A stretch of 64,000 nucleotides of DNA from Camelus ferus (taxonomy: Eukaryota), in NCBI RefSeq assembly GCF_009834535.1, contig NC_045707.1, forward strand, positions 59,336,001 to 59,400,000, given 5' to 3'. Position 1 is the first letter of the stretch; every line of letters starts with the position of its first letter. A program made the position numbers and the translations under genes. Of the stretch, positions 39,691 to 51,861 are shown one piece after another. The notes beneath the pieces are model-generated. The model worked only from the letters and a program-made list of their open reading frames with translations. It was not told the DNA's origin and did not search any database.

Positions 39691-41187
39691 CTCCAGAACA
39701 TCCGCTTTCACCTAACAGTATTAAAATGCCCTCCAATACCACAGCTGAGAGTTTCACCACTGCCCAGTCTCCCCAGTCACCCCTGAGCCACGGACTTTCT
39801 CTCTGCATGGGTAACTCTTTGGGTTTCATTGCCCATTGCATTCTGTTTTTGAGCATTTGACTTACAGAAACTCTAGGTAACTGAAAAACGAAACGAGGGA
39901 GGTGAAGAAAAGGTGGGGGGGGTGGTCTTTGTGAAGCCGTTCAATCAGACGTCAGCCAAGTCCCCAAGCCCAGGTGGGCATCGCCTGAACAAGGTTCAGG
40001 CAGTAGTTTTTGATGGAAAACTCACCTGGCATTGACGGTAACTGCTGACGAGGGTCCTCAGCACCCGGACCACAATGAGCTTGCTCAAGCGGCACCAGCG
40101 GCCTGCAAGCCTTGGCTCGCCTCCCTCTCTGCTTCCTGGCACAGGAGACTAACAGGACTCAGCAGTCTTCTGGGGCTGACTGTTATTTCTGATGCAGACA
40201 GCCAATGTGGAAGTCAGAAACTGAAGCTTGTCCCTTTCTCTTTGCACTCCTGCCACAACAGTCCAGTTCTCCAGGCAATGCGCGTGCTCCTGACTGACTG
40301 GGGTAGGGGTCACGGACAAGGAAGTTCACATTCAATTTTTCATTGTAATATCTCACGGCACAAAGCATCTACATTTCCCGTTGCATGAACTCCCCAGTAA
40401 GCAGCGAACAAGTAAGTAACCAAACAAGTGAGAAGAAGCAAATATAACGACAGGAGATTTGCTACACAGGTCTGTATACTTAAGGAGACCATTAAAAATG
40501 GTGAGGGGAGTAGAAATCTGTAAAATTCAAGTTCCTCAATTATTTGGCTATTTTTGCCCCCTCTTCTCTAAACATGTATTGTGTCCCTGTATGTGCCCTT
40601 TAACCCTATCCCCAAATCCAGCTGCAGCCTCCTTGTCCCCCCCTCCACAGGAGCCCTCTTGCTGCTTTGGTGCCTTAAATGAACACAGATGTTCCCCCCT
40701 CCAAAAAAAAAAGAGTACAGATAAATCCATAGATAATCTTAGATGGCTTTTGCTATGAGCTCTAATCCTCAGGATCTTTGTAAGAGTTTCCTCTCTGCCT
40801 AGTAAATATTCAGAACAATCGATATGAGCAAATCACAAACAGCTTGTCTGCTTAGTGCTGTTAGTCTTACCCCCACAAGTTTCCAACAGAGCTTTGACCT
40901 CCCTTTAGCAGGGAGAGATGTGCCTGCTGGGGCAGATGGGTTAAAGCTGATTGGAAGTGAAAAAAACTGGGTGTTGGGAAAATAGGGAGGCGTGGAAGTG
41001 GGTTGCTGGTCAGTACAGATATCCACCAGCATGCAAGCAACCTCGCACTTGACGTCTCTGCTAGGATGTCAAACAGACATCTCAAACTGAGCACGCCACA
41101 CGGAGCTCCCGATAACTGCCCACCTTTGCCATTTCATCAACGGTAGCATCATCATTCCAACCTCACATGGCCAAGTCCTTTGGAGCT

Positions 41188-41335
41188 GTGTGAGTCAGGA
41201 TTCTCTGGAGAAGTGCTGTACCAACAGGATGCATAGACAACATATTACTATATATATAAACATATATTATTAATTTATTACATATTATATATTAACGTAT
41301 ATTATATATTATATAACATATTGTTAATGTATTAA
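41188..41335 (-). mobile_element. MLT2 LTR 3' end with AT-rich expansion, between L2 fragments
   Basis: 'tgtgtgagtcaggattctctggaga...ccaacaggatgcata', followed by TA-rich low-complexity sequence. Confidence 0.5.
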
Positions 41336-42804
41336 GGGCACATAGGAGTTCATCTGACTGAAATGCAAAGTTTAGAACGGGGGCAATTCGTGTAGGATGA
41401 TTTTGGATTAATTAACAGAAGTTATAAGCTGCCTTATGGAAATACACTGGATAATGGTGAGGCATTGGAAGATTTTAAGAAGGAGAGTGGAAAGGTCTTA
41501 CGTTCACTCTAAAAAAAAAAAAAAAAAAAAGATAGATAAAACCACAAAGTGAAGTTCAGATACTGTATTGGAGAGGAGCTCGGGAGAGGAGGGGTGGTTT
41601 CTATAATGATCTCGCCTACAACACGGTAACTCAGCGGTACTGTGTTTTCTTAAGGGGAGAGAGAAAAGGCCAATCACACTGTGAATGATGGGAATTCACT
41701 CCTATGTTAAATACAAACAAAAATTGTTAGGAAAGAAGTGATGTGATTCAAGGTTTCTAAGTCTATGTTGCACTGAAGTAAAAAGTCATTTTTGAAGTAA
41801 TAAACAAATATAATTGTAATAATGATGTGGGTTCACATGGGAGCTGAGGAACTAATTATTTTCACCTCCTAAAGTGTCTACTGCTGTTGATCAAGTTTGT
41901 GAGATAAATGCTTTAATTCATTACATTTACATAAATCCCCTTGCAGGACCTTCTTTTATCAGTGCACTTGCAAAATGAATTGGCTTTCTAACACTTCCTA
42001 ACTTTTTTTCAGTTAGCATACTGACACTTGCTACTGTATTAAATTCAGTTTTTCTTCAGATAAAGTAGCTTATCAACTTATCACCCAAAAAAACATGGAT
42101 CCCAGAATCCATCAAAATTTGAAAATTTAATTTCCTCCCCTATTTATATAGTCAACCTCTTCGCACCTTCTGCATGAGGCTCACTGTTTTTTTTAAAGCA
42201 AAACTAGTAAGTTTGCCCTCAGAAGGTTTAGCTGCCTTCTAAGAACTGAAAAACTAAATTGCAGATTGGTACAAAAGCTCAGCATAACATGAAGAAGACT
42301 GCTGAAGAAATTTTTTTCCAAAAAGATTAAACTCTCCAGGTATTAATGTTTCTTAATGTGAATTTTCTCCTCTTTTTCAAAACATAGTACCTGGGAAGTT
42401 AACTTATTATACTACATTACAATCAAGAAACAAAATTCCACCCTTTACAATACCCACTAAAATACATCAGAATAACAAGTGTCAATATATGTTTCCGTTC
42501 TCATTACCTTCTTGAAGTATCTCCTAGAAAAGGAAGAAGTAGCCTTTGAGAGACGGAAGGAAGAAGCAGAGGATGTAATTATAACTTTACATTAAAGAAG
42601 AGACTAGACTAGATAGAAGGTAGTGTATTACACAGACAGCTCTCAGGCACCGCTAAATATTAGCCTGGACAAGAAAATGGCTGCCTTGTCCTCGTTCTTT
42701 CTCCTTGAGTACAGAGTGACTCAGGTTTGATGTACTGGGCTACTGTTTTCAATCATTTCTGAGACTTCTGGGTGAAAACTGACACCACCCACCTGAGGCC
42801 TGGC

Positions 42805-43273
42805 CCCTCAGCTTATCTAGACTTTTGACAGGTTTCTTCCTAACTCCAGGCACCTGACATCCCTCTTCTTAGAGCATTTACTTTATCCTTTTTCTGACAC
42901 GTTGAGAGGTAAATCTTCTACACCCAGAAATGTCTTTTTCAGAGACATAGGAAGAGTCATCTCTCTGAAATGACTTGGAAAGAAGATGGAGCCTTGATCT
43001 CCCAGGCTCTGAGGGAGGACAGGAGTCTAGCTTCATGATAAGCACCAGTTAGCAACTGCAGCTGGCTTAACCACATTGACCAACCCCACCAAATGTCCTC
43101 CAGTACTTTCCTCCTAGCTCACCCTAGTCCTTAGAACTCTCTCACCTTCTATTTCAGTGAAACTTAATTCATTCCCTCTCCTTCATTGTGACCGTCTTGA
43201 CTCCTATTGTAACAGTCCTGGATAAAGTCTTCCTTTCATCTATAACTCTATCAGGTACAATTTTTCTTGGACA
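42805..43273 (+). mobile_element. ERV1 solo LTR, MER67-like
   Basis: 'gacaggtttcttcctaactccaggcacctgacatccctcttcttagagcatttacttt', with end 'gataaagtcttcctt...tttttcttggaca'. The 5' boundary is approximate. Confidence 0.7.
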
Positions 43274-44296
43274 GGTCACTGATGTCCTCCACTGATGGAG
43301 ACAGTCAGAGCCCCGTTTGAGCATGGTTTTAATGGTTAAACCAAAGACCAAGAGGAATACAAAAATGGAGGTTTTGAGAGTGTGTGTGTTGGCTGGGTGA
43401 GTAAGGGAACATCTTTCTCTTGGTTTCATCTTCCCATCTGCGGATGCCCCGGGAGGAAACTCCCCTGTCCCCTCTCCTCCCCTCCAGGGAAAGAGGAGTG
43501 AATTGCTTACCTGGTAACCATGGGAATAAAAGGTCTGCTTGACTACGTGACCAACTTGGCAGAGCAGCCTGAGAGGCAGTGAGCACTCTGTAAGTGTAAA
43601 ATTAATCAATTAAAAATAAATATATAGGTTTCAAATTCAGGCAAGGAGCAGTTGAATCAATTTTGGCAACTTCAAACACCAGGAGTTTGTCAGGTTAGTG
43701 CTTAAAAATTGAAGATATTAAAATTATAAATTCTATTTAAAATATTTAAGGGGATTTAATTAAGTTGCTCAAGGAATTGATTAAGAGAGTTCAAATCATT
43801 AGACTTGAGCTGATCAAATATTAATTAAAGAATAAAAAGAGTAAAGGTGACTGTTCTTTCTCAAATAAAATTTATTAGATTTATAAATGACATAATAAAA
43901 TTGGTGAAAATTTGCTTAAAGACCCAAGGAAAACATGAATTTTGAATTTAGAACCCTAGTAAATTGATTGTTAATTTAACTAAAAAATGTAAAATTATAT
44001 TCATTGCCAAAATGCATTTTAAGAACTCACATTAACTATTAAAATACTTTACTGATATATCCAGTCTTTGAGATATTTTGAAAAGCATGGCCACAGATGT
44101 AAATGTCTCTAAAAAGTCAATTAAAGGACTCTGAACACTGACTGTGGGGAAATTATTTGTACAAACTCCTTTGGATACTCTACTAAAAAGAAACCAACAA
44201 TCAAAAGATATGGTCCTTTAAAATAAACCTTCTGTATTCTTAAACGTTTTAAAAAATACTGGTCATTTTAATCGATGTTTATTTTAGCAAGCATAT

Positions 44297-44686
44297 TGTT
44301 AAAAATGAGACAAGAGGCCCAAAATGGAGTTGCTTATGCCAAGCCCATGGCCCTCAGCTGAGACTTAATGACAGTTTCAGCTTTCTCAGAAATGAAATCT
44401 TGAACTAGTCTATCAGGCATCACCTAACCAGTACTAGTTAGGCAATCTACCTGGTAGATACCAACTATCCCCTTAAGAAATGCGACCTTGCAATAACTAA
44501 TATGATTTTTTTATCTAGTGTAACTTCCTTGTTACTGCTCCCTTCTGCCTATAAAAGTCTTTCATTTTGTATGATTCCTTGGAGCTCCTTTCTATCTGCT
44601 AGCCTGCATGCTGCCTGATTCATGAATCACTGAATAAAGCCAACGAGATCCTTAGAATTTACTCAGTTGAATTCTGCTGTTTAACA
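44297..44686 (+). mobile_element. ERV1 solo LTR with intact TATA box and poly(A) signal
   Basis: TGTTAA...TTAACA inverted ends and near-TSD ATAT/ATAG. TATAAAA at 44550-44556 and AATAAA at 44633-44638. Confidence 0.85.
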
Positions 44687-45880
44687 ATAGGAAATTTCAA
44701 TAGGTCCTTCATACCCAATGACCCAATTCTACACATGGGTAGAATTTTATTTGTTAACATTGTTGAACCAAACTAAAACGAAGTCACTTATATCTGGGAC
44801 AAAAGGGAGTTGGCAGACAAAGAAGCATTAAAGAAAATGAAACTTTACCTAACTTGCAGGAAATTATGGCACTTCTCAGAAATCAGCAGAGGATGCCAGC
44901 CCATCCCCAAATGCCAAGTCTGTTTACATCATCTCTGGGCTTTCTTATTCCCCTGACTCAGTTACCTGGATCCAACAAGGAAGGCGACCATGAGGCAACC
45001 AATCAGCTGAAAAAGCCAAATAACTTCCTCATTTACCCATGAAAACTCCTTGGTCTATGAGCAGCTTGGAACTCACTGCTCCTGTAGCCTTGAATTTCTC
45101 AGCTTGTAGGTTGAAACCCTTAAAATAAATCATCTTTCTGTTTGTTTTTTTTTTACTCGGTGTGTGTTTGGTTGTTGACAATGTTATAAGGAATATGAGA
45201 CATCTTTGCACTAGAAACAAATATGATTCAGTTATGCTCATTTAGGGCAGTTTCCACTTTACTATTTTGAATTATTATGGTAGTAGAAGGCATTATACTA
45301 AGTACCTTAACTTAATCCACTGTTTCTATTCTAGTTCTGAGTGTCAAGACACACATACAGAATCTCATATTATTTTAAAAAACTGAAATGAGAGAGCTAA
45401 TACTATATAAAGCATAGTAAGAGTTCACCTCACTTCATTTCTTACTGGGGTCCCCAAAGAATCAGGTGTATTTGCTCTCTTATAGAATTGGTAGGAACTT
45501 AGTTGTGATCCAAGTGTGTTTTACATAACTCAGTGTCCATTATCACACATGGGACTTTCCCAGTCATAAAATTGTTCCAACAGGAAATATGATGTATTTC
45601 AAGGAGATCTAACTCATTCTGAGTTTCAGGAAACAATTTTGTGAGAACAATGGGACCTTCCTTCTTTCAGACTTATGAAGGCAGGCCCTATTTCCTCTTT
45701 GAACAAACATATCACAAAGATAACATTACCATGTAAATGGACACCACCAATGGGAAGTCAGTAGCACTTAATAACAAAGCTAACTGCAACACAATTTTTG
45801 GGAGGAAAAACTTGTAGATACTTCTCAGAAGGCTAAGGGGGAAATAGCTGTGGGTTGAAGGGTAATTAAGAAAGAGGCAT

Positions 45881-45970
45881 AGAAGGATGGTACAGCTCAG
45901 TGGTAGAGCGTGTGTGCTTAGCACGCACAAGGTCCTGGGTCCAATCCCCTGTACCACCATTTAAAAAAAG
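45881..45970 (+). mobile_element. tRNA-Ala-derived SINE (Vic-1 type)
   Basis: 'ggtacagctcagtggtagagcgtgtgtgcttagcacgcacaaggtcctgggtccaatcccctgtaccaccatttaaaaaaa' has A and B boxes, an AGC anticodon loop and an A tail. Confidence 0.85.
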
Positions 45971-46525
45971 AAGAAAGAATCCAAGCTCGGATGAAGAATG
46001 CAGAACCATGGAGAAGTGACAAGACAGAGTGGAAGGAGAAGACAGAAGACTTTTGCAAATAGATTCAAGGGAGGAGAGGAGGAAAAGAGTGAGCAGGAGC
46101 AGTGAAATTCACACCGGCAGTTACTAAAGGCAGCTTGGTTGCCCCCATCAATACCAGGGAGAGGCATTTCTCAAGGACACTCCATGGCAAAGGAAAAGAG
46201 GACACTGAAGAAAACCACATGCTCCAAGGACAATCTGTTTTACCCAGCAAGGGCTGACCTTGCTCTGTGAGCTGTTGGAAAGAACTGCATGCGCATAGCT
46301 GAGGGAGAAATTCAGTCCTTTTCATTTTTCATCCAGTTCAAATAAAAACCAGGACACAATCAACATAACAAAAGGTATGCCAATTACTTAATATAATTCT
46401 ACTGCATTCATCAAAAGCCTTTCTCTCTTTAGAAGCCTGTTCTCTAAAAGTAGTTAGGTGTCACACAGAGCTAATGAAATCCATCAAAGAAGTGCTTGTA
46501 CTCACAGGCATTAGCAAAAGCAGAG

Positions 46526-46560
46526 GCAGCGCCACCTACTGGACATGCTGTGAAGTGCAA
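46526..46560 (-). promoter_or_regulatory. Candidate CTCF site (core plus upstream module)
   Basis: Reverse complement TTGCACTTC-acagca-TGTCCAGTAGGTGGCGCTGC. The core matches CCASYAGRKGGCRS exactly. Confidence 0.7.
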
Positions 46561-47699
46561 GGAGAGGTTCCCCGTTTAAAACTCTCTCCCTCATAGGCTT
46601 GCTACTGGTCAGAAAAAGGTCCTCCCAGCCAGGTCATTGAGGCTTAAGCATTCTCTTCTTTGTAGGCTCAGGTAAAATGTAAGTCTGTTAACTGAAAGAA
46701 AAGCTTGACTTCTGTTCTAGGTATGATCCTCATCTCTAATGGTTAAGAGGACTGTGGATGGCAACTTGGGGGTATCTCCCCAGCTTTTCTTTTAATAAAG
46801 TACCCCAATTCATATAAGTTAGCCTGAGAGCAATATTTAACTGGTGTGAACCTGCCGTCCTAACCATAGCTCACTGGACAAGTGTGGATACAGGATTCAG
46901 GCTCAGCCAATTAGGATCTTTTGCTCAAGAATTTACACTTGGATGCAGAGAAATTAGAAATTACAAATTGAGATGAACGAAATATCGTAAGGATTTTTGT
47001 TCCTCAAATATGAGTCACGGATATAGACTTTTAAAGGAAGAAAGTATCATGGAGTCTCAGTAAGGTGATAATTTTTTACAATGTGACAACGATGGATAAG
47101 GATAACACTAGATTTGCATGTATAACCACTATCCGTTTACAAGATCAAAGGTAATTACAAACATAAACCAAATGATATAATCAGTAATAGTCCAATGAAG
47201 AGCATACATTTCACGTGTAGACAATGCCGTTTTCCTTAATCACTGGCTGCTCCATGTGTTCTGTTGATAAACCAATTTTCCCATGGCTGAACTTCCAGTC
47301 AGCATGTTTGACACCATGGGTAGATATCACGGACATCTTAAGCACCCATTCTTTATGCAAAGATTTTAACTCTGTTCTTTTATCAGTAGCCCAGGACATT
47401 TAGAGTCAGACTACCTGGTGGGAACTCCATTATAAACATAAATCTAAGGTCTTAATCATGAACAGAATCAATTAGCAATATTTGGTTTTAAGGCACTTGT
47501 CCAAATGTTCCAGAATGTATTTAAAAAAAAAAGTCATGCCAAACATCACAAATATTTAAATCCAAATAAAGATCACAAAATGTATCCATGTTTTCCTAAG
47601 TCTTTGCAGATTCCAGTTTAAGCCCCACTGCTCCAGGGCAACACTGACTAATTTCAGAAACCCTTTCAATGCTGACTTCCCAAATGTTACCAAAACAAC

Positions 47700-48213
47700 A
47701 TTTTGTACAACAAAAATTACCCACACAATTTAGTAGCTTGAAACAGTAAGCATTTGTTGTTGTTATTGTTCACATAGTTTCCACGGGTCGGGAATTTAGG
47801 AGCAGCTTAGCTGGGCTGTTCTGGTTAAGGGTCTCTAAAAGCTATAGTGAGGATGTTGGCTGGGGCTGCAGTCATCTGAAGGCTTGACTGGAGCTGAAGG
47901 ATTCACTCTAAAATGGCTCACTCACCAGGTTGTGGGAAGAACGCCTTGGCTCCACACTAAGCGGACCTCCCTGTAGGGCTGCTTGAGGTGTCCTCACACA
48001 TGGCACTGGGTTTCTCTAGAGCATGCAATCCAAGAGAGGAGGTTGGAGTGCTTTTTATGACCTACTCCCTAGATCCAAACACTCACTTTCTCTTTAATCT
48101 GCTTATTAGAAGCAAGTCAGTACATTCAACTGAAGCTCCACAGGAGGTGAATTAGGCTCCAACTCTTGAAGGGAAGAATATCAAGACTTTGTTTACATAA
48201 TTTAAATCCACTA
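47700..48213 (-). mobile_element. MaLR LTR, MLT1F/G-type
   Basis: 'ggtcgggaatttaggagcagcttagctggg', 'ggggctgcagtcatctgaaggcttgactggagctg' and 'ctcttgaagggaagaatatcaa'. Confidence 0.8.
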
Positions 48214-49103
48214 TTGACATATCAATTTATCTAAAGCAATGGAGCTAATAAGTGGGGAAGGCTGCATTTGAATTTGTTTCAGTCTTTGTCTGGACCAGAT
48301 GTTCTCATCATAGCTCTCTACTGCCTGGAGCAACTCCACATTTGAACACATGATCCCTTGAGGGCATGTTCAGAAACCAAAAGCAAGTATCTAGCTTAAT
48401 TTTTGTTGATTTCAAAGAGTATGAGTTTAAAAAAGGTAGTTGTTAATTCCCAAATGCGATTTTTATATTATAATTTCAAAATTTGAAATGAAGTCCTCTT
48501 TCTCAAGTCATTAGATTTATATAATGCTCAGGAAAGAAGGTAATAGAATGAGCAAGGTGTCTGGAATTCCAGGATCCATTGCTGTACTGGAAAATCCAAT
48601 TAAAATGCTTCCTTCCATGGAGCCTCAGAGCCATGGCCATGCCCAACCTACTTTTTATCAGTCCCTCGTATAATCCTATTTAACCCTTGTCCAACATGGT
48701 CAGGCTAGGGAAATTTCACAATCAAAGAAGCACAGTTCAAGCGATGTTTTTGATCTTTGCCTAATCTCTTAGAGAAAAAAAAAGAGGGTCCATGGACACA
48801 GCCACAAAGCCGACAAGAATTCTTCTTAAAATTCTTAGTCTTCTTTCCTTGAATAACATACCCGAGCCTCTCATTATTCTGACAACACTCCTTCCATCCT
48901 CTGTGCTATTCCACGCCCCATATTCTCTCCTTCTCCTATTCCACCTAAAACACGTGCTTTCACAAGAGCCTTTCTTTGAGTCAACAGCCCCTGAGTGTAT
49001 AAGCTACTCTTTTCTCATTGCTATTGTTGAAGAGCTTGGCAGTAAAGCTGTTGTTCCTTCTGTCTTTTCTCTCTCAGACTCTCCATCACTACACTCAAAG
49101 CAC

Positions 49104-49575
49104 TGTCGACTGAAATAAATGCGCAGCCTAAAAGTTGAGAGTTACGTTTTTTTCTGAGGGAGGACTCGAGCTGGGGTGACAGCCTCTCAGATTGCTCTGA
49201 GAAACTGCTCCAAAGAGGTAGGGGAGGAGCCAAGATATATAGGAGTTTTACAGCACAGACCAGATAGTTGGAACATTAGAAGCTTACGTGTTAACTGAAG
49301 AATTTAAAGAGTTAAAGAATTTAGCACTTTTTTATGTATGGGAGAAAGCAAACATTTGGGCTCATTGAATTCATTCCTTTGACAAGCACCTAGCTATCTA
49401 GGGCCAGTATCCTGTCCTTTCTTATTCTGAGTCCCCTCAGAGGGCACCACTGTGAGTGGCTGCAGAGGCTGGGCTGCAGGCTTGTCTTCACTGTGGGGTG
49501 GGGGCAGCCGCTGATGACTTGATGGCTTTAGCATTCTTTGCTTACCCAGATGGTTTCCAGTATTTTCGGTTCACA
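49104..49575 (-). mobile_element. ERV1 solo LTR (same family as 24087-24584)
   Basis: TG...CA ends and TSD GCAC (49100-49103, 49576-49579). Contains long near-identical inverted matches to 24087-24584. Confidence 0.9.
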
Positions 49576-50059
49576 GCACCAATGACCTTAGAAGCAGAAG
49601 AGACAGCAAAATAACGTATTTATCCAATCTACCTTTGCAAGCATGCAGTGGGGGAAACACACCTTTACAAGTATTTTCTCTGCAACCCTAGGTATAGCTG
49701 AGAGATCTACACTTAAGATGATTGGGAAAACCACTCACATCCTTTTTAAAAAATTTAAATGTGAAACACTTAGCAAGAAAATGAGTTAGTAAAGAGAACA
49801 GAAGCAAAAAGATGAAGAGCTATAAGGCAGCAAGCCTTGCATAAACATTAGACCTGAGGCAGAAAGGAGGAGGAGAGGTTTCAAACAAAGTCTAATAAAC
49901 TGAGTGAGGCAACTCAAGTGTGCCTCTTCCTGGCAACCCACTGGAATCTAATATACATATTTAAAAGGATAAAAATTGTGTTTGTTATTTTCCAACAAGT
50001 TTTATTTGGGGTTTATTATTTACTTCTATCTCCATGTTAGCCTCCACATGGATTGTTAA

Positions 50060-50300
50060 GAGTGATAATGATGGCGAACATTTTCTGGATTGTTACTATG
50101 TATTAGGCACTGTTCTAAATGCTGTGACTATGTTAACACATCTTCATTATTATCCCCATTTTACAATAAGATTTTGAGACAAAAGATGAAATTAATTTGC
50201 CCTAAATCACATAGCTAACAAGTGGTGGAGGTAGGATATGAACCCACATAGTCTGGCTCCAAAGGCTATGACTTCTACTATACTCTTCTGTTGCTCTAAA
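50060..50300 (-). mobile_element. MIR SINE
   Basis: 'ttactatgtattaggcactgttctaaatgc...tattatccccattttaca...tcacatagctaacaagtggtggag...tctggctcca'. Confidence 0.75.
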
Positions 50301-51297
50301 TGAGATTCTCTGGCCATGATGGTAATTTCTAAATGTCTCACCCTGACAGGTAGGGTCTAGCCCACAACAGCCTCTAGCTAATTCCATTACTTCAACTCTT
50401 ATCAGCTCCAGACTCCCCTCCCATAATCCCCCAAAACAAGTATCGAGCAGGCTCAGCTCCTCCTCCCTGCACTTTTGTGCCTTCTAAAACTGGGAAATCT
50501 AACTCAATGAGGGTGCGATCACAGAGAAACCAGCACAGGAGAAGCAGCGGGTCTCCCAACTGCCAGGGTTTCATACATCTGCATTCTGAGGCTGTAGTAT
50601 CCAACTCTGATGAACAATGTGATTTTTCAGATTGTCTTATAAGTGTTTATTTAGACTCTCGGCTGAAGAACAAGGAAAATGAAATTTAGTGCCGAGCTGT
50701 GTGAACATGGTCTGACTCTTGGATGATTTATTTTTTATGACAGATTCCATTTTCTGCTGCTAGGTAAGATTACACGAAAATACATTTGTCCACTGAGAGT
50801 ACATTTGTGTCTTTTGCATGGGCTAACTCAGTGGTAGCATTTAATTTGTGCACTATTACTCACTTATCAGACCAAAAGACGGTACATGCTCAGAATTACT
50901 AAGGTTATTGAAATGTTATTACAAGGATCCGTCTTGAGAGGCACAGGAATGTCAGTGCCAGTCTGAGATTATCTCACTGTCTTCAAAGTGCAGATATCAT
51001 TGAGATGAGTTTCCTGTAGAAATTTACGTTTGAAGGGATATGAATATGGACACTGTCAGAAAGGTTGTGTTACATTGTTGTTTATTGTGTAATGCAGTTG
51101 TTGAAAACAGAGTGAAACTCGGTGGATGTACATTAATGGGGTTTGGTGAATGCTCTTCTGGAAGAGGCTGTCACTTGTCAGGTTTGGCCGATTGTAATGG
51201 TGGAATGTGGCCCATACTGACTGGAAGTTCTGATTTTAAGAGAAACAAGATTTCTGGATATTTATATGAAATACCCTGATGTCTACATGTTGGTAAG

Positions 51298-51861
51298 TGT
51301 AGTAGGCAGAATTCTAAGAATGACTCCCTGACCTTCTTCTGTGTAAAATACCATTTCCTTTGAATGTGAATGGGATCTTTTAACAGGATGAGATATTTCT
51401 TCCATGACTTTCACGTTATGGGGAAAAAGCTTGATTATCTAGGCGGAACTAACCCAATGGCAGAGCATTGGAAGGGGAAAGCAGGAGGAGGATAGATACC
51501 ACGGGCCTTTGCTGGCTTTGGAACTATAGAAGGCCATGCCCAAGAACCAGGAAGCCAGCAGGAGCTGAGAGGAATCTTAGGCTGACAGCCAGTGAGAAAA
51601 TGGGGACTTCAGTCCCGCAACCACAAGGAACTGAATTCTGCCAACAATCTGAATGAGCTTAGATGCAAATCCTCCCCCAGGGCCTTCAAGGAAGAGCTCA
51701 TCTGAGCCAACACTTTCATCTCGGTCTGTGAGACCCTGAACAGAGAATCCAGCTAAGCCCAGTGTGACTTATGACTTACAGAGGATGAGATAGTAAATGG
51801 ATGTGACTTTAGGTCACTAACTATGGGGTTGTTTGTTACCCAGCAATAAAAGACTAATACA
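51298..51861 (+). mobile_element. MaLR solo LTR, MLT1E/D-type
   Basis: Runs 'tgtagtaggcagaattctaag' to 'cagcaataaaagactaataca', with the 5-bp TSD GTAAG (51293-51297, 51862-51866). Confidence 0.9.

Noticed and set aside
43620..44150. Possible ancient hAT transposase relic
   Set aside because: The sequence is AT-rich and too degenerate, and I could not recover a convincing peptide motif.
45889..45960. Possible tRNA-Ala(AGC) gene
   Set aside because: The extended anticodon stem, mutated T-loop (GGTCCAA) and A tail fit a tRNA-derived SINE, and a related copy sits at 12379-12457.
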